A model generated the notes under the pieces. The model had not been told where the DNA came from. It worked only from the letters and a program-made list of their open reading frames with translations, and searched no databases. This document shows, piece after piece, positions 1-10,109 of a stretch of DNA of 64,000 nucleotides. The DNA comes from an uncultured delta proteobacterium (GTDB lineage: Bacteria; Desulfobacterota; Binatia; Binatales; Binataceae): assembly GCA_963724765.1 (NCBI GenBank), contig CAVRVY010000002.1:320001-384000 (forward strand), given 5' to 3'. Position numbers and translations under genes: made by a program. How positions within the stretch are numbered: the stretch's first letter is position 1; every line of letters starts with the position of its first letter.

Positions 1-406
1 CCGGCGAGACGGAGGCGACGGCGCGAGCGACCTCGGTGCGCTCGTATGGCGTGCGGCGCGGCGGCAGCGCGGCGCGCATCGTAAACGCGAACTCGGCTTC
101 GACCCCGACGGTAAAGAAATCGCGCGCGGAGATTTCAGCCGGAGAGTCGAAGCGGGTGGGCGCGAAGATGCGCGCCGCGAACGGCCCTGAGGCTCCGACC
201 AGCGCCTGCGACTCTTTCGATGCGCATCCGATTTTGTAGCCGACAACCGGCAACTTGCACTCCCGCGCGAACGCTTCCTGGATCGAGTAGGCGTCGTCGA
301 GCGACAGCGGCGCGCCGCTCGGCGGTATCCGCTTGAGCGTCCGCCTGCCGCTGCGCGCCGCGAGCATCGAGGCCACCGCCTCGTCCAGGTCTTTCGCCGA
401 TATCAT
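1..406 (-). CDS. 2-keto-4-pentenoate hydratase / FAH-family protein (3' end truncated by window edge)
   Basis: Manual translation from ATG 406: MISAKDLDEAVASML...LSLDDAYSIQ...VVGYKIGCAS...GVEAEFAF, typical MhpD-family motifs; abuts the stop codon of the upstream gene. Confidence 0.8.
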   Translation of the reverse strand, partial: MISAKDLDEAVASMLAARSGRRTLKRIPPSGAPLSLDDAYSIQEAFARECKLPVVGYKIGCASKESQALVGASGPFAARIFAPTRFDSPAEISARDFFTVGVEAEFAFTMRAALPPRRTPYERTEVARAVASVSP

Positions 407-1123
407 TTATGAACTCCCGCGACTTTCGCCGTCGCCCGTCTCGCGCGCAGTTAAGAGGTAGCACGGATGGTCGGGCGGTGCGGTCCACAGCGCCGGGTCC
501 ATCAGCGGCTCCACGCTGACCGAGGCGAACCCGTGCGCGCGCACCAACCGCGTCATCTCGGAGGACGGCCGGCCTCCGAAGAGCGGCAGGCAATCGTAGA
601 TTTGATTATATTCCTCGCGGCGCTCCGCCGGTCCCCAGTGGCCTTCGATCAGAATCAGCCGCCCGCCGGGCCGCAGCAGCCGGCGCCAGGTGTCGAGCGC
701 GACCTCAGGGTGTGGCAGGGTCCAGATAACGTGGCGCTCGACGACCAGGTCCTGGCTCGCCGCGGCGAGGTCGAGCGTCTCGACGTCGGCTTCGATGAAA
801 TTGATGGCGAGCTCTTGCGCGGTGGCTTTGTCGCGCGCCCGCGCGAGCATCGTGGGCGCGACGTCGGCGCCGGTCACGCGATGGCCTTGCGCGGCGAAAA
901 GCAGGGAGAGAAAACCGGTGCCACATCCGATATCGAGCACGTCGAGCGGTTCCGTGCCGGCGAATCGGGCAATCAAGCGACGCCACGCGTGCGCCTGCGC
1001 GTCGGTGATGAGGCCGTGGCTCGGTTCCAGATCGAAGTCGGCGGCGCGCCGGTCCCAATGCTGGCGCACCAGTTCTTTTACTCGTTCACCGCGTCCATGA
1101 CGCTCCGCCGGCATTCGATCCAT
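407..1123 (-). CDS. Class I SAM-dependent methyltransferase
   Basis: VLDIGCGTG motif I, VTGAD, LLRPGGRL. Confidence 0.9.
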   Translation of the reverse strand: MDRMPAERHGRGERVKELVRQHWDRRAADFDLEPSHGLITDAQAHAWRRLIARFAGTEPLDVLDIGCGTGFLSLLFAAQGHRVTGADVAPTMLARARDKATAQELAINFIEADVETLDLAAASQDLVVERHVIWTLPHPEVALDTWRRLLRPGGRLILIEGHWGPAERREEYNQIYDCLPLFGGRPSSEMTRLVRAHGFASVSVEPLMDPALWTAPPDHPCYLLTARETGDGESRGSS

Positions 1124-1292
1124 ATAGACCGGCGGCGGCGAAAAAAGGAAGGCGGCTACAACTCAGATTGTGGCTGCCGCCTTCGACGCTGAATTCTGAC
1201 TCACTTTCGCGCGAGCTGTACGCGAGAGCGGGTGCGGTCTCGTGCTTATTCTTCACGCGGCGCGGTAATTGGTCTGCGCCGCGCGTATCGAT

Positions 1293-1314
1293 CAGGTACC
1301 TCGCAGGTACCTCG
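1293..1314. repeat. 11-bp tandem repeat CAGGTACCTCG x2 containing palindrome AGGTACCT (third palindrome copy at 1417-1424)
   Basis: Read directly in the divergent intergenic region; regulatory role not established. Confidence 0.6.
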
Positions 1315-1497
1315 GCCCTTCAGGGTGACAGTGATCCCGGCGACCGGATAGCGAAAAAATGCCTATTTTTGGATGGAGGAGTCTCTAAGCAAGCGCTGTA
1401 AAAGTCAGATTAGAGGAGGTACCTTAATGAACTGTCATCCCGAAGCAAGCTTCGGCTGGAGTTTGCCAGGCCGATCTTCATAGGATTAAGGTCCGGC

Positions 1498-2742
1498 ATG
1501 GCCATAAGAATCTCGGACGCGGTAAATATCGACGATCTGCGACGGCTCGCCAGGCGCCGCCTGCCACGGGTAGCTTTCGATTTCATCGAGGGCGGCGTCG
1601 AGGATGAGCACTGCCTTGAAGCCAACGAGAGCAGCTTCGCGCGCCATCGCCTGGTGCCGCGCTACTTTGTCGAGGTTTCGCGGCGCGACCAATCCGCCAC
1701 GCTGTTCGGCCGCGGTTACGCAAGTCCCTTCGGCATCGCGCCGACTGGCCTCGCAGCGCTGTTCCGTGCGGACGCCGACCTCATCCTGGCCAGGGCCGCC
1801 GCGGCCGCGAATATCCCGTTCATAATGTCGGGCGCTTCCACCGCTTCGATCGAAACGGCGGCGCAGATAGCGCCCGCGCATACCTGGTATCAGCTCTACG
1901 CGGCGCGCGACAAAAAGATTTCCGAAGATCTGATCCGGCGCGTACGCGACGCCGGATTGAGCACGCTGGTGCTGACCGTCGACGTGCCGGTGTCCTCCAA
2001 GCGCGAGCGCAACGCGCGCAACGGCTTCGAGCTGCCGCTGAAGCTCAAATGGTCGAAGTCGCTCGAAGCGCTGATGCATCCGCGGTGGATTGCCGGCTAC
2101 CTGCGCCGCGGCATCCCGCGGTTCGACAACTGGGCGCCATACGCCGCGCCCGGCGCCAGCGCCAAGGCGATCGCCGCCTTCGTGGCGCGGCAGATTCCGT
2201 GCAGCGTAACCTGGCGCGACCTCGAGAACTTCCGGCGCCTGTGGCCGCGCCATCTGGTGGTCAAAGGGATCATGCATCCGGACGACGCCGTCCAGGCCGC
2301 GCAGATCGGAGTTGACGGAATCATGGTGTCCAATCACGGCGGACGTCAGCTCGATCGGGCGCCGGCTCCGCTGGACATGCTGCCGGCGATCTGCGCGGCG
2401 GTCGGGGACAAGCTCACTGTGATGCTGGACAGCGGCGTGCGGCGCGGCGCCGACATCCTGACCGCGCTGTGCCTGGGAGCGCGCTTCGTTTTCGTCGGCC
2501 GCGCGACCCTCTACGGCGCCGCTGCGGGCGGGCTCCCCGGCGCACAGAAGGCAATCGACATCCTGCGCAAGGAAATCAATCTCGTGATGGGCCAGATCGG
2601 ATGCCCAAGCCTCGATGGGCTCGGCCCCGGTTTCCTGCTGCAACCGGACGCGCCCGTGATGCGTACTGAAATACACGCGGAGCCCGATGGCGCTTCCGGT
2701 CCCAGCGAACGCCGGCTAGCGGAGCAAGGCGCGCGGCGATGA
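1498..2742 (+). CDS. FMN-dependent alpha-hydroxy acid dehydrogenase/oxidase (LldD/mandelate dehydrogenase family)
   Basis: APTG, WYQLY, LTVD, SNHGGRQLD, DSGVRRG motifs. Confidence 0.93.
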   Translation: MAIRISDAVNIDDLRRLARRRLPRVAFDFIEGGVEDEHCLEANESSFARHRLVPRYFVEVSRRDQSATLFGRGYASPFGIAPTGLAALFRADADLILARAAAAANIPFIMSGASTASIETAAQIAPAHTWYQLYAARDKKISEDLIRRVRDAGLSTLVLTVDVPVSSKRERNARNGFELPLKLKWSKSLEALMHPRWIAGYLRRGIPRFDNWAPYAAPGASAKAIAAFVARQIPCSVTWRDLENFRRLWPRHLVVKGIMHPDDAVQAAQIGVDGIMVSNHGGRQLDRAPAPLDMLPAICAAVGDKLTVMLDSGVRRGADILTALCLGARFVFVGRATLYGAAAGGLPGAQKAIDILRKEINLVMGQIGCPSLDGLGPGFLLQPDAPVMRTEIHAEPDGASGPSERRLAEQGARR

Positions 2743-2791
2743 TTGTTCCCAACCCGGGAGCGTAGCAATCCAACCCGGCGGACGCGGTGCG

Positions 2792-3427
2792 GTGATGAGA
2801 ACTGGATTTATTCCGGGACTGTTTTTTCTCGCTGCGGCGGTCGCATCCGGATGCACCATTCAGCAGCCAGCCGTCGCTCCGGCGGTGGCTGAGACGGCCC
2901 CACGGCCGCTGCCCTTCACGGGGCGCCTGGCCGAGGGCGATGCGAGCACAGTGCCGCGGGCGGTGGCGATGTCTCTATCCAACACTTCGGCGGTGACATT
3001 TACCTACCGTGAGGAACTGACCCACGACGATTATCACATACCGCTGATCGTCACCGCGTTCGACCCGGTGACCTACGTGGGGGCCCCGCTGGGCGATCTT
3101 GGCGTGACCGCATTTGCGTCGCTTTCGATCACCGACGGCGACCGCGTGCTCGGCGATTACACCGCCAAAGTACACATCTCGAAGTCTTACACGCTCTACA
3201 AGGAACCGACTCACAAGCAGGTTGAGGAAGCCGCGCGCGCCGCGGTGCGCGAGAAGATCGATCAGAAGCTCTACCGCGATACCGACCGCTTGGCGCAGGC
3301 CTTCGCCGACGCGGGCCAGTCCGCGGCGGACGCGAGCCAGGCCGCGGCTCCAGCGGCCGATCCGAATCAGCCCGCAGCTCCTACGGCCGACATCGGCCAA
3401 CCCTCAATCCCCACGGCGAACCAGTGA
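2792..3427 (+). CDS. Hypothetical lipoprotein
   Basis: Signal peptide with lipobox VASG-C; Ala/Pro-rich repetitive C-terminus. Confidence 0.75.
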   Translation: MMRTGFIPGLFFLAAAVASGCTIQQPAVAPAVAETAPRPLPFTGRLAEGDASTVPRAVAMSLSNTSAVTFTYREELTHDDYHIPLIVTAFDPVTYVGAPLGDLGVTAFASLSITDGDRVLGDYTAKVHISKSYTLYKEPTHKQVEEAARAAVREKIDQKLYRDTDRLAQAFADAGQSAADASQAAAPAADPNQPAAPTADIGQPSIPTANQ

Positions 3428-3431
3428 GCCA

Positions 3432-3857
3432 GTGAATCATCACCTTGCGGCAATCCTGCTTGGCGCCGCGATAGTGTTGTTTACCGGATGCGCGGTGCAG
3501 GGGCATCCGTTTGAACGTGCCTCCGCGCCTCCCAACAATGTGGTGATCTACGTTTATCGGCCGTATCACTATGGCTCGTCGCTGCTGCGCCCCGCGGTGA
3601 CTTGCGGCGATGACAGCGCGCGTATCGGTCCCGGGGGCTACCACGCCTTCATCGTTCCGGCCGGCTCCGAGCAGATCCTTTGCAGCATCGAGGGCGCCGA
3701 AAGCGCCGACCAGGTGGAGATCGACCCGCACACCCGCGTTTACTACATCCGCGAAGAGTTCGTGTGGGGCGTGCTAAGCGGCCATCCGCATCTTAACCCG
3801 GTCGACACCGACCAGGCGCACACGGAGATCGAGCAGTGCTGCGTGCAGGAACCATGA
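3432..3857 (+). CDS. DUF2846-like lipoprotein
   Basis: GTG start 4 nt after upstream stop; lipobox FTG-C; VIYVYRP and GGY motifs typical of DUF2846. Confidence 0.72.
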   Translation: MNHHLAAILLGAAIVLFTGCAVQGHPFERASAPPNNVVIYVYRPYHYGSSLLRPAVTCGDDSARIGPGGYHAFIVPAGSEQILCSIEGAESADQVEIDPHTRVYYIREEFVWGVLSGHPHLNPVDTDQAHTEIEQCCVQEP

Positions 3858-4049
3858 GGACAGGAGCTAATACGGTTGACCAGCCTTCTGAGACAGGTCG
3901 TGCGCAAATGTCGTGCAATTGTCAGTCGGAATGCTTGATATAAGTTCCGCTTCGGGGTCCTTGCTTTGAAAACGATGAAACCGTCGACGACGGTTTTCGT
4001 CTACGGGAAAGATCCCGCGAAGCCCGGCTAATTTCCGCTAGAGGAATGT

Positions 4050-5978
4050 ATGAAAGGATTGATGCGTGCCGCCAAAGCCGTCCTGGAAAACCTTCCGTTG
4101 GCGCGGGCACAGACCGTCGCGCTGCTCGCCGCCGCAATTGCGATGGCCTTGGCGGCCACGGCCGCGCCGGCGCAAGCTCAGAGCCTGCCGGCGAATGGCA
4201 ACGGAGGCGGCGGGAATCAAACGGGTTGGTCGAGCGGGCAAAACCAGCCAACGGGTGTAGCGGCGAGCATCTCTCCCGGCGCTGAGGCCCAATTTGAAAG
4301 CTCCCCTATACTCTCACTGCCGAAGATGTTCGCTCGCCAATGGATGTTGCGTAGCGACAGACTGCCGGTCGAGCAATTCGCAGCGTCGGAGGACAACCTG
4401 ACCCAAAAGGTCACCCTCAAGGAGGCCATCTATCTGGGGCTGAGGAACAACCCCGGCCTTGGTTCGGTGGCGCTGGATCCAATCGCGGCAACCTTGAGCG
4501 TGAAGTCAGCGAATGCCGTGTTCGACCCGCAGTTGAGTTCGCAGATCGACGTGGAGAAGGAAGTCTCGCCGGTTGGCTCGCCGTTTCAAAACCCCGGCAG
4601 CGTCGCCAACGTGCAAAAGTACTACGATTGGAATTTCGGCGTTAGCAAAGTGCTTCCGCTGAGCAACGGCACCCTGGGCCTCACCTTCAACAACGATCGC
4701 GAACTCACGAACACCGAATTTAGCCCGGTGAATCCCGTATGGACACCCACCGTCGTGATGTCGCTTTCCCAGCCGTTGCTGCAGAATTTCGGCTGGCAGT
4801 TTGCGACGATCAACGTGCGCCTGGCGGAGTCGGCGCAGCGCTCCTCCCAGTGGAACTATGCCTCCTCGCTCAACGACTTCGTCCAGCGCATCGGTAACGA
4901 CTATTGGGGCGTCGTGCAGGCCCAGGAGAACCTGGAAGTCGCGCAGGCCGCATTGAAGTTCAACAACGATCTCGTCCGCGTCAACCGCGCCAGCGTACGG
5001 ATCGGCATGATGGCGCCGGTGAATCTGACCGAGGCCTTATCCGCCGCTTCCACGGCGCGCGCAAATGTCGAGGCGGCGCAGGCGGGACTGGATATAGCCG
5101 TCACAACGCTGCGGCAGGACGTCGGGCTCAATCCCGACAGCGCCGTGCTGGCGCGGGAAATCGAACCCGTGCAACGGCCCGACCTGGCCCCGGCGCCGGA
5201 GGAGAACGAAAGCGATAAGACGGCATTCGACCAGATGCTCAGCTACAGCCCGGCGCTGGCAGGCATGCGTGAGTCCATTCGCAGTGCGTTGATCCAGGTC
5301 AAGTACGCGGAGAATCAGACCCTGCCTCAGCTCAATCTCGGCGCGCAATTCGGCGTAACTTCTGAAGCGGGCGACGCCACTTGCACCGCCTCGATCACCG
5401 TGCCCACCTACGCTAATTGCTTTACCCCGCGCGGCCCCGTCGTGCGGCCTGGCCAGAACAACGCGGCCGAACTTCCCTTCGGTGGCGGCTACGCTTCAGC
5501 ACTGAACCGCATGTTCAACTTCGCCTTCTACGACTATGCTGCGGTGCTGGGGTTTTCGATGCCGCTCGACAATGCCGCTCCCCAGGCCGCACTCGGGCAG
5601 GCTCGCGTTGCGCTGGAGCAGAGCCGTCTGCAGTACCGCCAGGCGTTCTACCAGGCCGCTTTGCAGGTCAAGAGCACGCAGGTCAATCTGCGCGCGTACA
5701 AAGAGCAGGTGGTGTCCACCGGGGAGGCCACTTCTTACGCGCGGGAGAGCCTGCACGACGTCCAGGTTGAATTTCGCATCGGTACCGCAACTACCAACCA
5801 GCTATTGCAGTATCAGAGCAATCTCGTGACTGCTGAGGGTAGCGAAGTTCAGGCCGATGTCGGTCTGGAAAACGCACGACTGGCGCTATGGCACGCCGAA
5901 GGTACGCTGCTGGAGCACTTCAACATCAACTTCGAGATTAGTAACCCTCATCAATCACCCTGGTATTCGCGCTTTTGA
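4050..5978 (+). CDS. TolC-family outer membrane efflux protein
   Basis: Signal peptide; TLKEAIYLGLRNNP; two OEP-like repeats (SLSQPLL, LPQLNL, FSMPL). Confidence 0.88.
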   Translation: MKGLMRAAKAVLENLPLARAQTVALLAAAIAMALAATAAPAQAQSLPANGNGGGGNQTGWSSGQNQPTGVAASISPGAEAQFESSPILSLPKMFARQWMLRSDRLPVEQFAASEDNLTQKVTLKEAIYLGLRNNPGLGSVALDPIAATLSVKSANAVFDPQLSSQIDVEKEVSPVGSPFQNPGSVANVQKYYDWNFGVSKVLPLSNGTLGLTFNNDRELTNTEFSPVNPVWTPTVVMSLSQPLLQNFGWQFATINVRLAESAQRSSQWNYASSLNDFVQRIGNDYWGVVQAQENLEVAQAALKFNNDLVRVNRASVRIGMMAPVNLTEALSAASTARANVEAAQAGLDIAVTTLRQDVGLNPDSAVLAREIEPVQRPDLAPAPEENESDKTAFDQMLSYSPALAGMRESIRSALIQVKYAENQTLPQLNLGAQFGVTSEAGDATCTASITVPTYANCFTPRGPVVRPGQNNAAELPFGGGYASALNRMFNFAFYDYAAVLGFSMPLDNAAPQAALGQARVALEQSRLQYRQAFYQAALQVKSTQVNLRAYKEQVVSTGEATSYARESLHDVQVEFRIGTATTNQLLQYQSNLVTAEGSEVQADVGLENARLALWHAEGTLLEHFNINFEISNPHQSPWYSRF

Positions 5979-6030
5979 GCGCGAAGGGGGCGCGACCGCG
6001 CCGGTAGAGCGGACACGCGAATCAACGGTA

Positions 6031-6696
6031 ATGTCTGATCTTCAAAACCCTTCTCCGCAAGGCCGCCAGAAAACGCGCGCAGTGCCGACTGCGTTGAGAT
6101 TTTTGTTCGTGCTCGCGCTGACATTGATATTCGTGATGGGGCTCAAAGTGGGGTGGGCTCAATTGCCTGCGCCCAACGCGCTGGTGGTGCCGCCGCTGCC
6201 GCCCAGCCCTCCGGCCCAGTTGCCAGCCCCGGTGAGCACGGCTGTCGTGCCAGTCCCGCAGTCGATTCCGTCCCTGCCGGTGCCGTACTCAGCTCCTGGG
6301 CCACGGGTTTTCAACTGCACCTGTTCCGGCGTCGGCACGCCGACTCATTGGATGGGGCAGGTGACCGCTTCCGGCTACTCGAGCGCCAGCGCGAGCGCGG
6401 GGGGCGCCTGCGCTGCTTACTACCAGGGCAAAGCCCCATCATACGGTACAGCAGGAGGTATCGGCGCCGCCAATTTCTTCGGCTCGCTGCCCGGGGCCGC
6501 GCAAAACGCGGGCGCTGCCAATTCCTATGGGTCTCCGGGAGTTGCGCAAAGTTCGACCGCCCCCAGCTCGCTTGGTTCGCTGCCGGGCGCCGCGCAGGGT
6601 GTCGGACAGGCGAGTTCGTTCGGTTCACCCCAAAGTGCGCTGAGTTTTTCCAGTGCGCAGCAGCAGCGACTTTGTTCGCGCTGCGCCTGCTACTGA
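6031..6696 (+). CDS. Hypothetical exported Pro-rich, Cys-containing protein
   Basis: Hydrophobic N-terminal segment, Pro-rich linker, CxC...C...CxxCxC, duplicated GSLPGAAQ segment. Confidence 0.65.
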   Translation: MSDLQNPSPQGRQKTRAVPTALRFLFVLALTLIFVMGLKVGWAQLPAPNALVVPPLPPSPPAQLPAPVSTAVVPVPQSIPSLPVPYSAPGPRVFNCTCSGVGTPTHWMGQVTASGYSSASASAGGACAAYYQGKAPSYGTAGGIGAANFFGSLPGAAQNAGAANSYGSPGVAQSSTAPSSLGSLPGAAQGVGQASSFGSPQSALSFSSAQQQRLCSRCACY

Positions 6697-6856
6697 CTTC
6701 AACAATTTCACGATCAGCGGTGTGAATGAGTGGGCAGGCTTACCCAACGGACCGGCACAGGGGCGGCCGCTCAAAGTTCAGCAATGTTGGGTGCGGGAAT
6801 ACCGGCGCAGGAAACCTGCGTTCGACCTGTCAAAATGCGACCGCTCAAAGCCCCCC

Positions 6857-7504
6857 TCAAAGTCCCCACGACATGTCCGTGTAAAGCTCGGAAGCGACCT
6901 GCTGCATCATATTGCCCTTTGCAACCGCCTCCTGCGTTGCCGCTACCTGCATATCGGTCATGTTCAGTATGTCCGGACCGCGAAGATTCTGTTTCAAGAA
7001 CTGCGGCGTGGTAGGCACGATGGCTTGCGCCACTACAGAAGCCTGAGACGAGCCGCTAATACCCCTGGTGCGCCATACGACCGCTTTGGTTCGCCGATCG
7101 GTAAGCGTTGCCGCGACCATGATTGTGTTACCGTAGCTCAGCGGTTCGGATACACCGCTTAGGCTCGCAGGCGCCGCATTTGTATAAAGAATTTGCCCCG
7201 AGAGCAGCAAATCCGCCTGCCCCGGATCGTCTACCACCACCAACCTTCCACGCGAAGAGATGGCGTCCTTCATATAGCGCATGAACTGGTCGTTAACACC
7301 GGAAACGAAAGTCAGATTTTCGAAAGGAGCGACATAAATCGTTTTCGCCGAGCTGGGTAGCGAGCTACCGTTGTCGGCAAAGTGCAAGGCACAGCCCTCA
7401 ATTGCAGCGCTCGCCAAGGCAAAGTACATCAATGGCAAGGCGGTGTGAATCAACGAAATGATGGACAACAGCCAAGAGACCGCAGCGGCTCTATACGTAC
7501 TCAT
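6857..7504 (-). CDS. lptE: LptE-family lipoprotein
   Basis: Lipobox IEG-C followed by LP..KTIYVAPFEN, ADLLLSGQI; directly downstream of lptD-like gene. Confidence 0.75.
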   Translation of the reverse strand: MSTYRAAAVSWLLSIISLIHTALPLMYFALASAAIEGCALHFADNGSSLPSSAKTIYVAPFENLTFVSGVNDQFMRYMKDAISSRGRLVVVDDPGQADLLLSGQILYTNAAPASLSGVSEPLSYGNTIMVAATLTDRRTKAVVWRTRGISGSSQASVVAQAIVPTTPQFLKQNLRGPDILNMTDMQVAATQEAVAKGNMMQQVASELYTDMSWGL

Positions 7505-7577
7505 CGGCTCAACTCTTCTGCCACCCTCTGTTCCTTTGAATGTTTTCTCCTCTTGCCGGGAGCGATAATCCGCCGTC

Positions 7578-10109
7578 CTAGTTGGAATTGGAAGTCGTAG
7601 ATCTTTCAGCGGCGTCCGGTGGCGGGACTATTGAACGGCTTGGCACCAGGCCCATGAGCTGAAACGGGTTGCTTCCGAACGGGGAACCGGTGCCCAGCGA
7701 GCCCAACCCGGAAAGAGTAAGCTGGAAAATGTAACTCGTGTTGTTCGGATTGTAAGTATCGTCGATAGCAAAATCGGCAAACCAGCAGTCACAGGAGGAC
7801 TTCAGTCGAAACCCGAACACACTCGACAACGTTCGTGACTCGGCCAAGTCGTATACGGGCGCGAAGAAAACCCCGACACGATTGAACAGGCCCATGTAAG
7901 TTGATAGCGAAACTGCACTGATGGCATTCACGGATTTGCTGGTATTTATCAATACGGCGTTCGGCGCGGCGTAAGTATATGACAATTGCATAAACGAGCC
8001 TTGCAACGCCCGCCCCGTATAGACGCTTGGCGAAGTCTGCCCGGGTGGCTGAAAAGACAGCGAGAAGTTGAACGCATCGAGACCCTGCTTAGGGCGCGGG
8101 CTCCAGTCGAGCGTGGACCCGGCGGAAAGGATGCTGGTCGGGAAAAGCTGTCCCTGCAAGGCCACGTCCGAGAGATGGGAGCCATCGTTCGACACCGCGT
8201 GGGTCGTGTCGTAAGCCTGTTCGACGCTGAAGCGCAGAAGCTCCGAAGTGGAGCCGCTCGCGCTCGTGAAGCTCGGCCCCAGCATTGCCAAAACCCGGTT
8301 GCCTAGGTTAACGCCCGGCGTCCGGGCCTCGGCCTGACCGAAAATCCGCAGACTGACTCCATAGTCAATGAGACTGCGGGCCTCCATTCGGTCGGTGCTG
8401 TCAAATATTGGAAATTGGTTCTGGTTAATGGTGGGAACATAACTGTACTGCGTGAATGGCTGGATCAGGGTCTCGATCTTGCGCAAGCCCCATTTGTTCA
8501 GATCGTAACTGTCGATCAGCGCGCTGCGCACCCCGACGTTGGTGTAAGGTATGGCGCGAGCCATCAAACCGCCCGGCGCCAGCCCGCCCAACGTCAGACC
8601 ATTATTGTATATTAGACCCTGGGTTCCCACCGGGATCACGTTTACCTGATGTCCGGAGACGTCATAGGCGGCCGTGTCCACTCCCGCGCTCATCCAACCG
8701 TCCAGATAACGGCTCCACATCCAGGGCACCGTCACACGCGGATTCAGGTCAAGCCTCGAGCCGTCGATACCTTGTTCGCGCCAGTAATTCACCGCGGACG
8801 CGTCGTAGTCGAGATAGGCCAAACCACCGGCCAGACCCTGGAACCCGCTCCATAGCAACTTGGGCAAAGTCTGCAAGGCGAAACTCTGTGGTTGAATCAG
8901 GTCCTGGTTCCACACCGTTTCCAGTTGCAGGTAGCTATTGTCGAATTCCTGGAACAGCCCAAAGTTTGAGGTTGCAACGCGGTCCGTTTGCCACAACCCA
9001 CTGCCCGATAACCCGTCGGTCGTCCAACCATAATCATGCGATAAGGCGACACTGGGGATCTCTCTGAAAAATCGGCTATCGCTACCGTAAGCCAAGCTGC
9101 CGTATGTGAAGAGACTCGGCGTTAGGTATTCCTGCATGAGACCCACAAAGCCCCAGCGATTGATAGGAATCGTTGGATCGGCGATCTGCGGATCAACTTG
9201 GTCGCTTAGTCGGTTTTGTTCGGAGCGGATGGATTCGTTGAAGAAGCTCCCCGTGACAGAAATATGATCTTTCTCGCCATTCACCAGGCGGTATTCAAGT
9301 TGTCCGCCGATACGCGTCGAGGTTTCGACGTCGAGCTGTGCGGTCATGTCCTGACTTCTGCTGATATCGATGAAATAAGGCTCCAAAAGTGTGGCGCCGT
9401 TCAAGCTCGAATAACCGTATCGCGGAGTAAGGAAACCACTGTGCCGCTCGCTGTTCGTGTTAAATTCCAGGAACGGGACCGGCAGCACAGGATGGCCCAA
9501 AACATCGAAGTACGCGTCACTCGTTGTGGCCGTACCACCAAGATGAAGGTCGATTTGCTTTCCGCTGATGCTCCATTCCGGCCGTTTCGTGTCACCCGTA
9601 CAGGTTGTAATGGAAGCATCGGTAGCCTGGTAGTGCTGCCCGGGAAGTTTGCGTACGTCTTTGCCGGTCAAGTAATAATTGCCGTTGAGAGCAAGAATAC
9701 GGGCATCGGCCAGCCTGGCGGTCTCGTTGTGCAGGTCGAACCAGGCCTGGGTAGAATGTATGTCAGAGGTGGGATCGACTATATGGACATGCCCCACGGC
9801 TACGCCGCGGTAGCGGTGCTGCAGTACGATTTGGTCTGCCGTTATCGTTGTCGGGCCCTGCTCAACCCTCGCCGCTCCAGTGATGGTATAGGTATCGGTC
9901 TTGGCATCGTGATCCAGGGTATGGCCTTCAATATAGACGGGCATGCTGGAGGTTTTACGCTGAGGCCGCAGGGTGTGCAGTTGACTTTGAAGAAACTGCT
10001 GCTCGGTCGGCATTTTTGGCTGGCGCGTTTTCGACGCGGCATGACTATCGGCGGCATACAAGACCAGGCCGACCAGCAACATCAGAACCGCTGCGTTACG
10101 TCGCGCCAT
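7578..10109 (-). CDS. lptD: LPS-assembly protein LptD family
   Basis: OstA-like N-terminus, ITTC..P.W motif, ERHSGFLTP, beta-barrel C-terminus with CDCW. Confidence 0.88.
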   Translation of the reverse strand: MARRNAAVLMLLVGLVLYAADSHAASKTRQPKMPTEQQFLQSQLHTLRPQRKTSSMPVYIEGHTLDHDAKTDTYTITGAARVEQGPTTITADQIVLQHRYRGVAVGHVHIVDPTSDIHSTQAWFDLHNETARLADARILALNGNYYLTGKDVRKLPGQHYQATDASITTCTGDTKRPEWSISGKQIDLHLGGTATTSDAYFDVLGHPVLPVPFLEFNTNSERHSGFLTPRYGYSSLNGATLLEPYFIDISRSQDMTAQLDVETSTRIGGQLEYRLVNGEKDHISVTGSFFNESIRSEQNRLSDQVDPQIADPTIPINRWGFVGLMQEYLTPSLFTYGSLAYGSDSRFFREIPSVALSHDYGWTTDGLSGSGLWQTDRVATSNFGLFQEFDNSYLQLETVWNQDLIQPQSFALQTLPKLLWSGFQGLAGGLAYLDYDASAVNYWREQGIDGSRLDLNPRVTVPWMWSRYLDGWMSAGVDTAAYDVSGHQVNVIPVGTQGLIYNNGLTLGGLAPGGLMARAIPYTNVGVRSALIDSYDLNKWGLRKIETLIQPFTQYSYVPTINQNQFPIFDSTDRMEARSLIDYGVSLRIFGQAEARTPGVNLGNRVLAMLGPSFTSASGSTSELLRFSVEQAYDTTHAVSNDGSHLSDVALQGQLFPTSILSAGSTLDWSPRPKQGLDAFNFSLSFQPPGQTSPSVYTGRALQGSFMQLSYTYAAPNAVLINTSKSVNAISAVSLSTYMGLFNRVGVFFAPVYDLAESRTLSSVFGFRLKSSCDCWFADFAIDDTYNPNNTSYIFQLTLSGLGSLGTGSPFGSNPFQLMGLVPSRSIVPPPDAAERSTTSNSN

